The notes below the pieces were generated by a model, which worked only from the letters and a program-made list of their open reading frames with translations, was not told the DNA's origin and did no database searches. The translations under genes and the position numbers were made by a program. Positions 1 to 9,245 of a stretch of 64,000 bases of DNA are shown here, in pieces (the first letter of the stretch is position 1; each line of letters opens with the position of its first letter). The stretch comes from Gemmatimonadales bacterium. GTDB taxonomy: Bacteria; Gemmatimonadota; Gemmatimonadetes; Gemmatimonadales; GWC2-71-9. The stretch covers positions 28,220 to 92,219 of the forward strand of contig JBBSHB010000001.1 of assembly GCA_038253515.1 (NCBI GenBank), read 5' to 3'.

Positions 1-892
1 CGGCCATCGAGCCGTCGGGCAGCACCACGCCGCCATGGGAGGTGCCGGTCTGCACCGAGATCTTGCTGATCCCCTCGCCGGTGCCGAGGGCGGCCAGGCT
101 CCGGCCATAGCCCCGCATGAAGGCATGGAGCTCCTCGACGGTGCTGTTCTTCATCCCCACCTCGCCGATCTCGGCGCCGACCGAGGCGGTCACTCCCGGG
201 GGCTCGTGGGCCCGGATGAAGGTCGTGATCTCCGCCGCCCGCTCGTAGTTGAGTCGTTGCTGCTCCTCCAGCGTGGCCTGGGAGAGATCGACCAGGGTGG
301 AGGTGTCGACGTCGATATTGTAGAAGCCGGCGCCGATCTCCTCCGCGATGAGCTTCTTCACCTCGCCGATCTCACCCTCCGGATCGGCCGAGTATTTCTT
401 CTGGTTGACCTGACAGTGATCGCCCTGGATGAAGAGCGGGAGGACGTAGCCCTCGCGGAGGGCCGCGCCGATCAGGACCGACAGGTACTCGGCGGGCCGC
501 TGGTCGGTGTAGGCGATCTCGGAGCGGGCGATCTCCAGCAAGATGGCGCCCGCCCGTCCGGCCCGGGCGGCGCGGAAGATCGCGCGGGCGGTGTCGTAGG
601 TCAGCATGCGGACATTGATGGCGGGGACGGTGAACCCGCTCACCTCACCGCGACCGCGCGCCAGGTAGAGGCTATTGATGGATGCGGGCCGCGCGCCGGT
701 CACCTGCCCCAGCTCCCACAGGAGCCAGCGCGCCGCCTCCCGCTCCTCGGCCAGACCGAAGACCGCCTGCCAGACGAGACGGTCGGTCGAGGGCGACCGG
801 AGCTGGGCGGGATCCCGCACGGTGACCCCGCCGGGGAGCAGCGCGACCGCCCCGGCGTACAACTCCACCGCCCGCTGGATTTCGTCAGCCAT
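1..892 (-). CDS. class II fructose/ketose-bisphosphate aldolase (C-terminus cut by window edge)
   Basis: Absent from the ORF track because no stop lies in the window. Own translation of the reverse strand from ATG 892-890: MADEIQRAVELYAG..FTVPAINVRMLTYDTARAIF..LFIQGDHCQVN..VGAEIGEVG..ISVQTGTSHGG. The DH, EIGxVG and SHGG motifs fit class II aldolases. Strong GC3 bias. Confidence 0.7.
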   Translation of the reverse strand, partial: MADEIQRAVELYAGAVALLPGGVTVRDPAQLRSPSTDRLVWQAVFGLAEEREAARWLLWELGQVTGARPASINSLYLARGRGEVSGFTVPAINVRMLTYDTARAIFRAARAGRAGAILLEIARSEIAYTDQRPAEYLSVLIGAALREGYVLPLFIQGDHCQVNQKKYSADPEGEIGEVKKLIAEEIGAGFYNIDVDTSTLVDLSQATLEEQQRLNYERAAEITTFIRAHEPPGVTASVGAEIGEVGMKNSTVEELHAFMRGYGRSLAALGTGEGISKISVQTGTSHGGVVLPDGSMA

Positions 893-1006
893 GTGCCGTG
901 CGTTCTCCTTCCGGCCGGAGGCCTGCGACCGTTGGACAAAGGTAGGCCCCGGCTCTGGGACCGTCAAACGGTTGCCCACGAGGCCAGTGCCCGAGCAGGG
1001 TGGCGG

Positions 1007-2413
1007 TCAGGTCTCGTCTGCCGTGCCGGGCACCACCGGCGGCGGGGCTTGGTGCCCGGGCCGGCCCATGGCGGCGTAGGTGAGACGCTTGCCCAGCTCG
1101 ACGCCGGGTTGATCGAAGGGGTCGATGCCATACCAGACACCGGCATAGCCGGTGGCGAGCTGGAAGAACATGATCGCCTCGCCCACGCTGGCCGGGCTCA
1201 GGTCGGGCAGACGAAGGGTGCAACTCATCCGCCCCATTTGCCCCAGCGCCGACGCCGTCGCCTCGTATTCGGCGCGCAGCAGCTCGCCCAAGGTGTGCCC
1301 CGGCAGGTAGGCCAGGTCCGGTGGCAGGGACGGCGGTGCTCCAGCGTCGGGTGCGGCGGGCCCGGGGATACGGACGTCCTCCCCCAGGTCGTCCACTGTG
1401 ACGAAGGTGATCACCTTGTCGAAGGGGCCTTCCATGAAGAGCTGAACCTGACTGTGCTGGTCGGTGGCCCCGACCGCGGCCACCGGCGTCGGGCCGGTAT
1501 ACACCGTCCGGCCCCCTCGATCGACTCGCTTTCCCAGGCTCTCGGCCCAGAGCTGCCGGTACCATTCGGCGAACTCGCGGAGCCGGTCGGTGTAGGGCAT
1601 CAGCACGTTGACCCGGGCGCCGATGGCGGTATCGGCGGCCCAGTGGAGCGCGGCGTAGAGCGCAGGCGGATTCCGGAGCAGGTCGCCGGTGTCGCCGCCC
1701 CCGCGCGCGCGCTCCGCGCCCGCGAGAAGGGCCTCGATGTCGATCCCGGCCAGCGCCGCGGGCAGGAGACCGACCGGCGAGAGCACGCTGAAGCGCCCGC
1801 CCACGGCCGGGGGCACGCTGAGCGTCGCGATGCCATCGGTCCGTGCGATCTCCCGCAGCGCGCCGCGCGCCGGATCGGTGGTGAAGACGAGATGGCGGTA
1901 CGCCGCCGCGCCCAACGCCTGGTCCAGCCAGGCGCGCACCACCAGATACTGGGCCATCGTCTCCGCGGTGCCGCCCGACTTGCTGATCACGTTCACCAGC
2001 ACGCGGCGAGGATCGATCCGCCGGAGCGCGGCGGCGACGGTGGTGGGATCGATGTTGTCCAGCACGGTGACCCGAGGGAAGAACTCGCGTCCCTCATCGT
2101 CCCATTCGTTCCAGGCGGGGCGGCGCAGGGCATTGAGCAAGGCTTTCGTCCCCAGCGCGGAGCCCCCGATGCCGAGCACCAGGACGTGATCGTGCGCCTG
2201 ACCCAGGCCCTCGGCGAAGCGGGTGATCTCACGGACGGCCTCCGGCTGGCGCACCAGATCATAGAAGCCGTACTCTCCGGCCGCCCGGCGGCGATGGACC
2301 TCGTCCTGCACTGCCCCGAAGCGACCGGCCAGCTCCGCCAGGCGGGTACGCGGGAGGCCGTGGCCCCCATCGAGTCCATCCTGCAGCATGCGAGCGTACG
2401 CGAGCTTGATCAC
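1007..2413 (-). CDS. pgi: glucose-6-phosphate isomerase
   Basis: ORF 1007..2590 trimmed to GTG 2413 (VIKLAYARML..), which overlaps the upstream stop as GTGA. LVLGIGGSALGTKAL and VISKSGGTAET motifs are typical of PGI SIS domains. Confidence 0.85.
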   Translation of the reverse strand: MIKLAYARMLQDGLDGGHGLPRTRLAELAGRFGAVQDEVHRRRAAGEYGFYDLVRQPEAVREITRFAEGLGQAHDHVLVLGIGGSALGTKALLNALRRPAWNEWDDEGREFFPRVTVLDNIDPTTVAAALRRIDPRRVLVNVISKSGGTAETMAQYLVVRAWLDQALGAAAYRHLVFTTDPARGALREIARTDGIATLSVPPAVGGRFSVLSPVGLLPAALAGIDIEALLAGAERARGGGDTGDLLRNPPALYAALHWAADTAIGARVNVLMPYTDRLREFAEWYRQLWAESLGKRVDRGGRTVYTGPTPVAAVGATDQHSQVQLFMEGPFDKVITFVTVDDLGEDVRIPGPAAPDAGAPPSLPPDLAYLPGHTLGELLRAEYEATASALGQMGRMSCTLRLPDLSPASVGEAIMFFQLATGYAGVWYGIDPFDQPGVELGKRLTYAAMGRPGHQAPPPVVPGTADET

Positions 2414-3186
2414 GGAACCTCCACCGACAGGCCGTCGAAGGCTGGCATGATGCCCTCGGGCAGCTGCTCGGCCAGCGCCGCGTGACCGGTCTCGTGGGTG
2501 AGGTGGGTGAGATAGGTGCGCCGGGCGCCGAGGGACAGGGCCGTCTGCACGGCCTCGGGAATGCTGAGGTGAGTCGGATGGGAGCGCCACCAGAGCGCGT
2601 TGAGCACCAGGACATCGAGACCGCGCAGGCTCTGGCGCTGCGCCTCGGGAATCGACTTCACGTCGGTGATGTAGGCCAGCGACCCGACGCGATAGCCGAA
2701 CACTCGGAGGTGGCCGTGATCGAACGCGAGGGGCAGCACCTCGACGCCCGCGATGCTGACCGGTCGGCCCGGCTCCAGCGCGTGCATCTCGAGGGTCGGC
2801 TTGGAGGTCCCTTCGTAGGGCCGCACCGCGTCGTCGAAGATGTAGTTGAAGGAGGTGCGCAACCGGTCGAGCGTCTCGGCGGGACCGTAGATGGGAAGCG
2901 GTCGGCGCCGACGCACCGAGAAGGTGCGGAGATCGTCGATCCCGTTGATGTGGTCGGCGTGCTCGTGGGTGTAGATCACCGCGTCCACCCGGGAGAGGCC
3001 GGCGGCGATGAGCTGGATCCGGAGCTCGGGCGGCGTGTCGATGAGGATGGTGGCGTCGGCGGCTTCCAGGACCGCGCCCGACCGGGTGCGCTTGTCGCGG
3101 GGATCGGCGGAACGGCAGACCGCGCAGTCACAGCCGATCTGGGGCACGCCGAACGAGGTCCCCGTGCCCAGAAAGGTGAGGCGCAT
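2410..3186 (-). CDS. MBL-fold metallo-hydrolase (PhnP/ElaC-like)
   Basis: HEHADH (HxHxDH) metal motif. N-terminal GTGTSFGVPQIGCDCAVC resembles PhnP-like MBL hydrolases. ATG at 3186. Confidence 0.8.
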   Translation of the reverse strand: MRLTFLGTGTSFGVPQIGCDCAVCRSADPRDKRTRSGAVLEAADATILIDTPPELRIQLIAAGLSRVDAVIYTHEHADHINGIDDLRTFSVRRRRPLPIYGPAETLDRLRTSFNYIFDDAVRPYEGTSKPTLEMHALEPGRPVSIAGVEVLPLAFDHGHLRVFGYRVGSLAYITDVKSIPEAQRQSLRGLDVLVLNALWWRSHPTHLSIPEAVQTALSLGARRTYLTHLTHETGHAALAEQLPEGIMPAFDGLSVEVP

Positions 3187-3189
3187 CCC

Positions 3190-4653
3190 CTATGCTGCTT
3201 CGATCTTGAGGAGGTTGGTAGTCCCGGGCATGTCGAACGGGACTCCGGCGGTGACCACCAGGCGCTCCCCCGGCTGCGCCAGCCCGCGTTGCAGAATCTG
3301 CTGTCGGGCGATGCCCAGCATCACCTCGTAATCGGTGGAGTGCTGGGTGAGCGCGGGCGTGACTCCCCAGACCAGGGCGAGCTGCCGGAACGTCTCCGGC
3401 TCCGGGGTCGAGGCGAAGATCGGCACGGTGGGACGGCAGGTGGCCACCTTGCGGGCGGTGAACCCACTGCTGGTGAAGCAGACGATGAGTGGGGCCGAGA
3501 GCATCTCCGCCGCTGCGCACACGGCGACGGCGATCGCGTCCTCGGTACGCACCGGTCCGCTCTGCGCCTGCCGGTGCTGTGGCAGGAGGACGCCATCGGC
3601 GGCGCGGCGGCCCAGCGCGGCGTCGATGGTGACCCCGCGACCCGGGCGCTGCTGCTCCATCTCGCGGGCGATGCGGTCCATGGCGCGCACCGCTTCCAGC
3701 GGATAGGCGCCGACCGCGGTCTCCGCGGAGAGCATCACAGCGTCGGTGCCGTCGAGAATCGCGTTGGCGACGTCGGACGCCTCGGCCCGGGTGGGACGGG
3801 GCGCCTGCACCATCGACTCCAGCATCTGAGTGGCGGTGATGACCGGCTTGCCGTGCAGCCCGGCCTCCCGGATGATCTGCTTCTGCATCAGGGGGACTTC
3901 CTCGAACGGCAGCTCCACACCGAGATCCCCCCGGGCCACCATGATGGCGTCGGACGCGTCGAGGATGCCGCACAAATTCTTGAGGGCAGTGTCCTTCTCG
4001 ATCTTGGCGATGAGCTTGGTGCCACGGGGGACCAGGGCGCGCAGCTGCTCCATGTCCTCCGGCCGACGCACGAACGAGAGCGCGACATAATCCACGCCGA
4101 CGGCCACGCCCTGCGCCACATCCTCGAGGTCCTTCTCGGTGAGGGCGGGCGCGCTCACCTCGATGCCGGGCAGATTCATCCCCTTGTGCGACTTGAGCAG
4201 GCCACCGTAGTGCACGGTCGCGACCACCCGTCGATCCGCCACCTCGATGACTTCCGTGTTCAGCAGCCCGTCGTCGAGCAGAATCCTGGCGCCGACCCGC
4301 ACGTCGCTCGCGAGGGCGTCATAGGTGGTGGGAATCTCGCCCGGACCGGCCTCGTCCTCCGGCGCGAAGACGACGCGCTCGCCCGGCTCGAGCCGGAGCG
4401 GCTCCGGCAGCGTACCGACCCGGATGCGCGGGCCCTGCACATCGAGCAGCAGGGCCACCGAATCGCGGCGGCCGTCGGTAACCGCCCGGAGCTGCTCGAT
4501 CCAGCGAGTGCGGATCTGGGGAGTGCCGTGGGACGCGTTGATCCGGACGACATCCACGCCGGCGTCGATCAGGGCCGTCATCTGCTCGGGCTGGTCCCAC
4601 GCCGGGCCCAGCGTGGCGACGATCTTGGTGCGGCGAACTTGAGTACGAGGCAT
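3190..4653 (-). CDS. pyk: pyruvate kinase
   Basis: MPRTQVRRTKIVATLGP N-terminus, MNLPG, IMVARGDLGVE and TQMLESM motifs; 487 aa. Confidence 0.95.
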   Translation of the reverse strand: MPRTQVRRTKIVATLGPAWDQPEQMTALIDAGVDVVRINASHGTPQIRTRWIEQLRAVTDGRRDSVALLLDVQGPRIRVGTLPEPLRLEPGERVVFAPEDEAGPGEIPTTYDALASDVRVGARILLDDGLLNTEVIEVADRRVVATVHYGGLLKSHKGMNLPGIEVSAPALTEKDLEDVAQGVAVGVDYVALSFVRRPEDMEQLRALVPRGTKLIAKIEKDTALKNLCGILDASDAIMVARGDLGVELPFEEVPLMQKQIIREAGLHGKPVITATQMLESMVQAPRPTRAEASDVANAILDGTDAVMLSAETAVGAYPLEAVRAMDRIAREMEQQRPGRGVTIDAALGRRAADGVLLPQHRQAQSGPVRTEDAIAVAVCAAAEMLSAPLIVCFTSSGFTARKVATCRPTVPIFASTPEPETFRQLALVWGVTPALTQHSTDYEVMLGIARQQILQRGLAQPGERLVVTAGVPFDMPGTTNLLKIEAA

Positions 4654-4677
4654 GGGCTGGAGTCTAATGGCAGCAGG

Positions 4678-6282
4678 TCACACCTGCATGACCGCCTCGC
4701 CGGCGACGACGGTGAGCACCGCGCGACCCGCGCGAAAGGCGTCCCCGCTACCCTGCTCGACCTCCGGCGCGACCCGCCATGCGACCAGGTCGGCGTCCTG
4801 GCCCGGCGCGAGCGTGCCGCGCCGATGGCTTACGCCGCCCGCGAGCGCGGCGCCCAGCGTGTAGCACCGGACGACTTGCGCGAAGTCGAGCTTCTCCTCG
4901 GGACGCCAGCCGTCGGCGGGCCCGCCAGCATCGCCACGCCGCTCCATGGCGGCATACACCCCTTCGCGGGGATCGATGGAGGCTACCGGCACGTCACTCC
5001 CGAACACCATCGGCGTCCGCCGCCGGAGCAACGAGCGAAAGGCGTAAGCGCCGGCCCCGCGCTCACCCCAGTGCCGATCGACCAGGGGAATGTCGGTCAG
5101 GAGATGGGCCGGCTGCATCGAGACGACCACACCGGCGGCGGCGGCACGATCCAGATCCTGCGGGTGTACGCACTGGAAGTGCTCGATCCGATGGGGAACC
5201 GCCGCCGGCGGCGCGCCAGAGAGGAGATCCAGCGCGCGCCGCACCGCCGCATCGCCGATGGCGTGGATCGTCGCCGCGATCCCGGACTCGGCGGCGGTGT
5301 GCACCGCGGCGCGGGCCTCCGCCGCCGTGGTGATGGCCATGCCGCGGTCCCGACTGCCGGTGTACGGATCGAGCATCCACGCGGTCCGGCTCCCCAGACT
5401 TCCGTCCAGGAACATCTTGATCCCGCCGATGGTGAGCCACGCCGAGCCGGTTCCGCTTCGAATCCCTCGCGCGACGAGATCGGGCAATGACTCGACTGGC
5501 GGGTGGAAGAGCACCCGGAGACGCAGGCGGTGACCGGCCTCGAGCCGGCGGAAGGCGTCGAGCGCCCCGGTTCCTTCGACGTCGTGCACGCCGGTCACGC
5601 CGAGCCGGTGCGCTTCGGCTTGGGCCTCTCGTACGGCCTCGTCCAGCACCAGGTCCGGGGGTACGGGGAGATACGGTGTGATGAGCTCGATCGCCCGCTC
5701 CAGCAGCAGTCCGGTCGGCTCTCCCGCTGCGTCACGCACGATCCGTCCACCGAAGGGGTCGGGCGTCTCGCGGGTGATGCCCGCCGCCCGCAGCGCGGCG
5801 CTGTTTACCCAGGCCGCGTGGACGTCGAGCGAGTCCAGGTAGACGGGCCCGGGCTGGACCGCGTCGAGCGCGTGCCGGTCGGGTGGCGTGGGCCACCCGT
5901 TGGCGTCCCACCCTTGACCCTGCACCCAGCCCTGGACCGGGGAGGCGGCTCCGATCTTGGCGAGCGCCGCGTCTCGTGTCCGGGTCGCCGCCAGCTCCAC
6001 CCTCTGCCGGTTGAGCGCCCACATCGCGAAGTGGGTGTGTCCGTCCACGAAGCCGGGCGTCACCAGAGCGTCGGGCAACTCGAACCGCGCCGTGCCCGCC
6101 GGGACCATCTTCGTCACCGCCGCGGCCTCGCCCACGGCTCGAATCCGGCCTGCTTCCCACCAGATCGCGTCGCCGGACACCCCGGGGGCCAGGGTCAGAA
6201 TTCGGCGTGCCCGGAGGAAACCCGAGCCGGGAGACGGCGCTGAATTCACCGGCGGGTGGTCGACTGGAAGTGCGCTTTCCAC
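4678..6282 (-). CDS. amidohydrolase family protein (YtcJ/Amidohydro_3-like)
   Basis: GFVDGHTHF metal-binding motif, 534 aa, later HAIGD and GSD motifs. The start is a GTG at 6282 and is uncertain (alternative GTG about 33 nt downstream). Confidence 0.8.
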   Translation of the reverse strand: MESALPVDHPPVNSAPSPGSGFLRARRILTLAPGVSGDAIWWEAGRIRAVGEAAAVTKMVPAGTARFELPDALVTPGFVDGHTHFAMWALNRQRVELAATRTRDAALAKIGAASPVQGWVQGQGWDANGWPTPPDRHALDAVQPGPVYLDSLDVHAAWVNSAALRAAGITRETPDPFGGRIVRDAAGEPTGLLLERAIELITPYLPVPPDLVLDEAVREAQAEAHRLGVTGVHDVEGTGALDAFRRLEAGHRLRLRVLFHPPVESLPDLVARGIRSGTGSAWLTIGGIKMFLDGSLGSRTAWMLDPYTGSRDRGMAITTAAEARAAVHTAAESGIAATIHAIGDAAVRRALDLLSGAPPAAVPHRIEHFQCVHPQDLDRAAAAGVVVSMQPAHLLTDIPLVDRHWGERGAGAYAFRSLLRRRTPMVFGSDVPVASIDPREGVYAAMERRGDAGGPADGWRPEEKLDFAQVVRCYTLGAALAGGVSHRRGTLAPGQDADLVAWRVAPEVEQGSGDAFRAGRAVLTVVAGEAVMQV

Positions 6283-6509
6283 ATGTTGAAAAGTCTAGGA
6301 AGTGAATATCTGGAAGAGCGGGAATACAGGGGAAAACCCTTCACCCATCCCTCAGATATGACTCGAGGTCGATTCTGTAAGTCTTGTGAGGAGGCAACAA
6401 TCAGTACTGTCATCACAGGTCGATGTTAGAATAGCGACAGTGTCGCCATACGCTCAGTAATTATTCAGATTCGATGATTATGAACATCTTCGACATGGCG
6501 AAAGTGCGT

Positions 6510-7343
6510 TTATTCGCGCCCGGACCCTATCAGCTGCAGGCTGCCGCCCCCGTGGTCGTACTGCGGCCCCACGAAGTGAATCGGCGACGTCTTCAGGGCC
6601 GTGGCGAAGTCATCCTTCCCGATGACCCGGAACGAGCCGGCCACCCCCCGGGTCCACACTGGCTGAAGCACCAGTCGACCCCCGGCGGGGCCGCCGCGCG
6701 CCGCCGGGGCGGTCCACGCCATCTCCACCTGCCCTGCCGTTCGGCTGCTGTCGGATGAGGCTCGGCCGTCCCAGGTCACTACCGTCTTCCCGACCTGCAC
6801 CTGGAAGCGGTCTGCGGGGGGCGCGAGGATGGTGTCCTCCTCACCGACGGCTGCCTTCCCGACGACCAGCTTGGCCTGATGGACCTTTGCGCCCGCGACC
6901 TTGGCGGAATGGATGAGGCGCCCATTGTTGCTCAAGACGAGCAATGCAACCTCACTCCTGCCGCCGCCCGCCAGCGCCCCCGCCGCCGCGGTCCATACCC
7001 CGAAGAGCAACGGCTTCCTGCCCTTCTTGTTGGCCCAGGTGAAGTCCTTGGCGTGGAGGGTATCGAGGGCGTAGAGACACAGCCGGGAGGGCGTCCAGGC
7101 GGCGAATTCAGGCTGATCCTTCACCACGCCGCTCACCGCGGGGTGCAGCTCGCCGGCCTGGGTGGTGGCGAGGGGCCGGTAACCTTCAGGAAAGGCTTTC
7201 CGCGCCGCCGCCGGATCGAGCAGGAGCTGGACGCAGAACCCCGCCCGAAGGCCCTCCAGCCGGTAGGCCTCCGGCTCCTGGCGCCCCTTCTCCTGAGCCG
7301 CCAACTGAGCCGCCAACGTCGAAACGGCCAGGACCAGCGCCAC
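6510..7343 (-). CDS. hypothetical secreted protein
   Basis: 277-aa GC3-rich ORF. N-terminus is hydrophobic (ALVLAVSTLAAQLAAQE). The frame stays open upstream (RYRSLLTPAV..) but without ATG/GTG/TTG, so the true start is uncertain. No family recognised. Confidence 0.5.
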   Translation of the reverse strand: MALVLAVSTLAAQLAAQEKGRQEPEAYRLEGLRAGFCVQLLLDPAAARKAFPEGYRPLATTQAGELHPAVSGVVKDQPEFAAWTPSRLCLYALDTLHAKDFTWANKKGRKPLLFGVWTAAAGALAGGGRSEVALLVLSNNGRLIHSAKVAGAKVHQAKLVVGKAAVGEEDTILAPPADRFQVQVGKTVVTWDGRASSDSSRTAGQVEMAWTAPAARGGPAGGRLVLQPVWTRGVAGSFRVIGKDDFATALKTSPIHFVGPQYDHGGGSLQLIGSGRE

Positions 7344-7401
7344 CGCCGGGGTCAGCAGAGATCGGTATCGGATAACGGACTCCGCCGCGGGTGTCAGACG
7401 C

Positions 7402-7986
7402 TCAGCTGCCGCGCGCCTTTCGGACGGCGGCGCCCAGATCGGCGTAATGCTTGGGATCGAGCGTGTTGAACTTGAGGTTCCGGTACTTCACGGCTCCGTC
7501 CGGCCCCACCACGTACACGGTGCGCCGGGAGAAGCCGCTGGCGTCGTAACTGCCGTACCTGCGGGCCACCTTCTGATCCCGGTCACTGAGCAGCCTGAAC
7601 GGCAGGTCCAGGCTGGAGGCGAACCGGCGGTGAGTCTCGAGCGAGTCGGTGCTGATCGCGACCAGGACGACGTCGGGGCCGAACAACGAATCGTACTGCT
7701 CGCCGAAGGTGCGCATCTCGGCCGTGCAGCCGCCGGTGAAGTCCCGGGGGAAGAATGCGACGACCACCGTCTTCCCCCGGTCCCGCCAGAGTTGATACGG
7801 GTTGTCCGCCGGTCCCACGCCATCCTTGCTGGCCCAGGGCAGCGTGAAATCCGGCGCGCGGTGTCCGGTCTCGGGCCCGGAGATGATAGTGGCGGTCGGT
7901 TTTCCATAGCCGACATCCTGGGCCCGAAGGGCGGGGAGGCCCGCGAGCAGGAGAGCGGAGATCAGCGTGAGGGCGCGAGCATGCAT
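7402..7986 (-). CDS. peroxiredoxin (AhpC/TSA, Bcp-like), secreted
   Basis: ORF 7402..8322 trimmed to ATG 7986. Signal peptide MHARALTLISALLLAGLPALRAQD; AFFPRDFTGGCTAEM peroxidatic-Cys context; 194 aa. Confidence 0.85.
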   Translation of the reverse strand: MHARALTLISALLLAGLPALRAQDVGYGKPTATIISGPETGHRAPDFTLPWASKDGVGPADNPYQLWRDRGKTVVVAFFPRDFTGGCTAEMRTFGEQYDSLFGPDVVLVAISTDSLETHRRFASSLDLPFRLLSDRDQKVARRYGSYDASGFSRRTVYVVGPDGAVKYRNLKFNTLDPKHYADLGAAVRKARGS

Positions 7987-8015
7987 GAGCGGCGAGCCTC
8001 GGAACGAATGGTTTA

Positions 8016-8528
8016 TCAGGGCGCGGTAACTCCCCGGAGGACGGCGGCGATGTCCTGGGTGCCGCCCGTGCCGGTGTACGCGACCTTCCCCCCGGCGTCC
8101 ACGACGACGACGTAGGATGTGGCCGGCACCTGGTAGGCGCGGATGCTGGCGCCCTGGTCGTCGTAGAGCGTGCGGAAGGGAGGGTGATTGGTCGCCAGAT
8201 ATCGGCGCACCCGCTCCGGCGTCTGGTTCACGGTGACGTTCACGCCGAGGAATTCCACTCGATCCCCGAACTCCTGGTGCGCCGCCTCGACTCGGGGAAG
8301 CAGCTCCTTGCAGAGCTCGCACCAGGTGGCCCAGAACTCCAGCAGCACGGGTTTCCGGCCAATGTACTGACCCAGATCGACCGGCTTGCCATCGAGGTCA
8401 TGGACCGACACGGACGGGGCCTTGGAGCCGACCGGGATGCCCGCCTCCTGCTCCGCCAACGGGGCGGCGACCCCGGCAAGCCCGGCGAGGGCCGCGCCGA
8501 CAACCAGAACCCCGAGCCATCGCCTCAC
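8016..8528 (-). CDS. TlpA/ResA-family thiol-disulfide oxidoreductase
   Basis: EFWATWCELCKE (WCxxC) thioredoxin-fold motif after an N-terminal membrane anchor. GTG 8528 overlaps the ccdA stop (GTGA). Confidence 0.85.
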   Translation of the reverse strand: MRRWLGVLVVGAALAGLAGVAAPLAEQEAGIPVGSKAPSVSVHDLDGKPVDLGQYIGRKPVLLEFWATWCELCKELLPRVEAAHQEFGDRVEFLGVNVTVNQTPERVRRYLATNHPPFRTLYDDQGASIRAYQVPATSYVVVVDAGGKVAYTGTGGTQDIAAVLRGVTAP

Positions 8529-9244
8529 AGGACGCTTCCCATCCGCACCAGGTAATACTCGGCCATGACGATCAGGAGCACGCCTCCCCCACGTTTGACC
8601 CACAGCATCCACCGACCTGCCCGAGGCAAGGCCGTCACCAGGCCACCGAACAGGCCGACCGCGACCAGGAGGGCCGTCATTCCGAGAGAGAACGCCAGCA
8701 GATACAGGAATCCCAATGCCGGACTGCCGCTCCCGGCCACGAAGGTGAGCACCGCCGCGAACGCCGGGGCGCCGCAGGGAGCAGCCACGAGTCCGGAGGC
8801 GGCGCCCATCGCGAAGGCCGCGCCCGGGGAGTCCCCCCCGACCAGTCTGCCCGCCCACGCCGCCCAGCGGGCCGGCGCGCTCACGGTAAAGACGTCCAGC
8901 ATGGTCAGGCCGAACACGAGTAGGAGATTCGCCGTGAGAAAATAGGCCCAGGGGCTCGAGCTCACGGTGCCGAACAGCGTGCCGGTCAGGCCGGCAAGCA
9001 GGCCGAGCAGCGAGTAGACCAGCGCGAGCCCCGCCGCGTACGCCAGGGTCAGGGCCAGCGCCCGCCTCTGCGCCGGCCGGCCGCTGCCCAGGCCGCTCAA
9101 GACGCCCGCCGTGATGGGAATCATGGGGTACACGCAGGGCGTGAGGCTGGTCGCGAGGCCGGCTCCGAAGAGTAGCGGAATCGCCAGCAGCGGCTGCTCG
9201 CGGAGGGTGGAGTCGAGACCGGCGACGAGATGGGTGTGTGACAC
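8525..9244 (-). CDS. ccdA: cytochrome c biogenesis protein CcdA (DsbD transmembrane-domain family)
   Basis: LTPCVYPMIP and APCGAP Cys motifs in a polytopic membrane protein. Trimmed to GTG 9244, 1 nt after the ispG stop. Confidence 0.85.
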   Translation of the reverse strand: MSHTHLVAGLDSTLREQPLLAIPLLFGAGLATSLTPCVYPMIPITAGVLSGLGSGRPAQRRALALTLAYAAGLALVYSLLGLLAGLTGTLFGTVSSSPWAYFLTANLLLVFGLTMLDVFTVSAPARWAAWAGRLVGGDSPGAAFAMGAASGLVAAPCGAPAFAAVLTFVAGSGSPALGFLYLLAFSLGMTALLVAVGLFGGLVTALPRAGRWMLWVKRGGGVLLIVMAEYYLVRMGSVL

Positions 9245-9245
9245 G

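Noticed and set aside
35-5490. Very long plus-strand ORFs 35..2485 (816 aa) and 2482..5490 (1002 aa).
   Set aside because: They run antisense to well-supported pgi, MBL hydrolase, pyk and amidohydrolase genes. Their products are Arg/Gly/His/Pro-rich low-complexity strings, which is typical of stop-free antisense frames in high-GC DNA.
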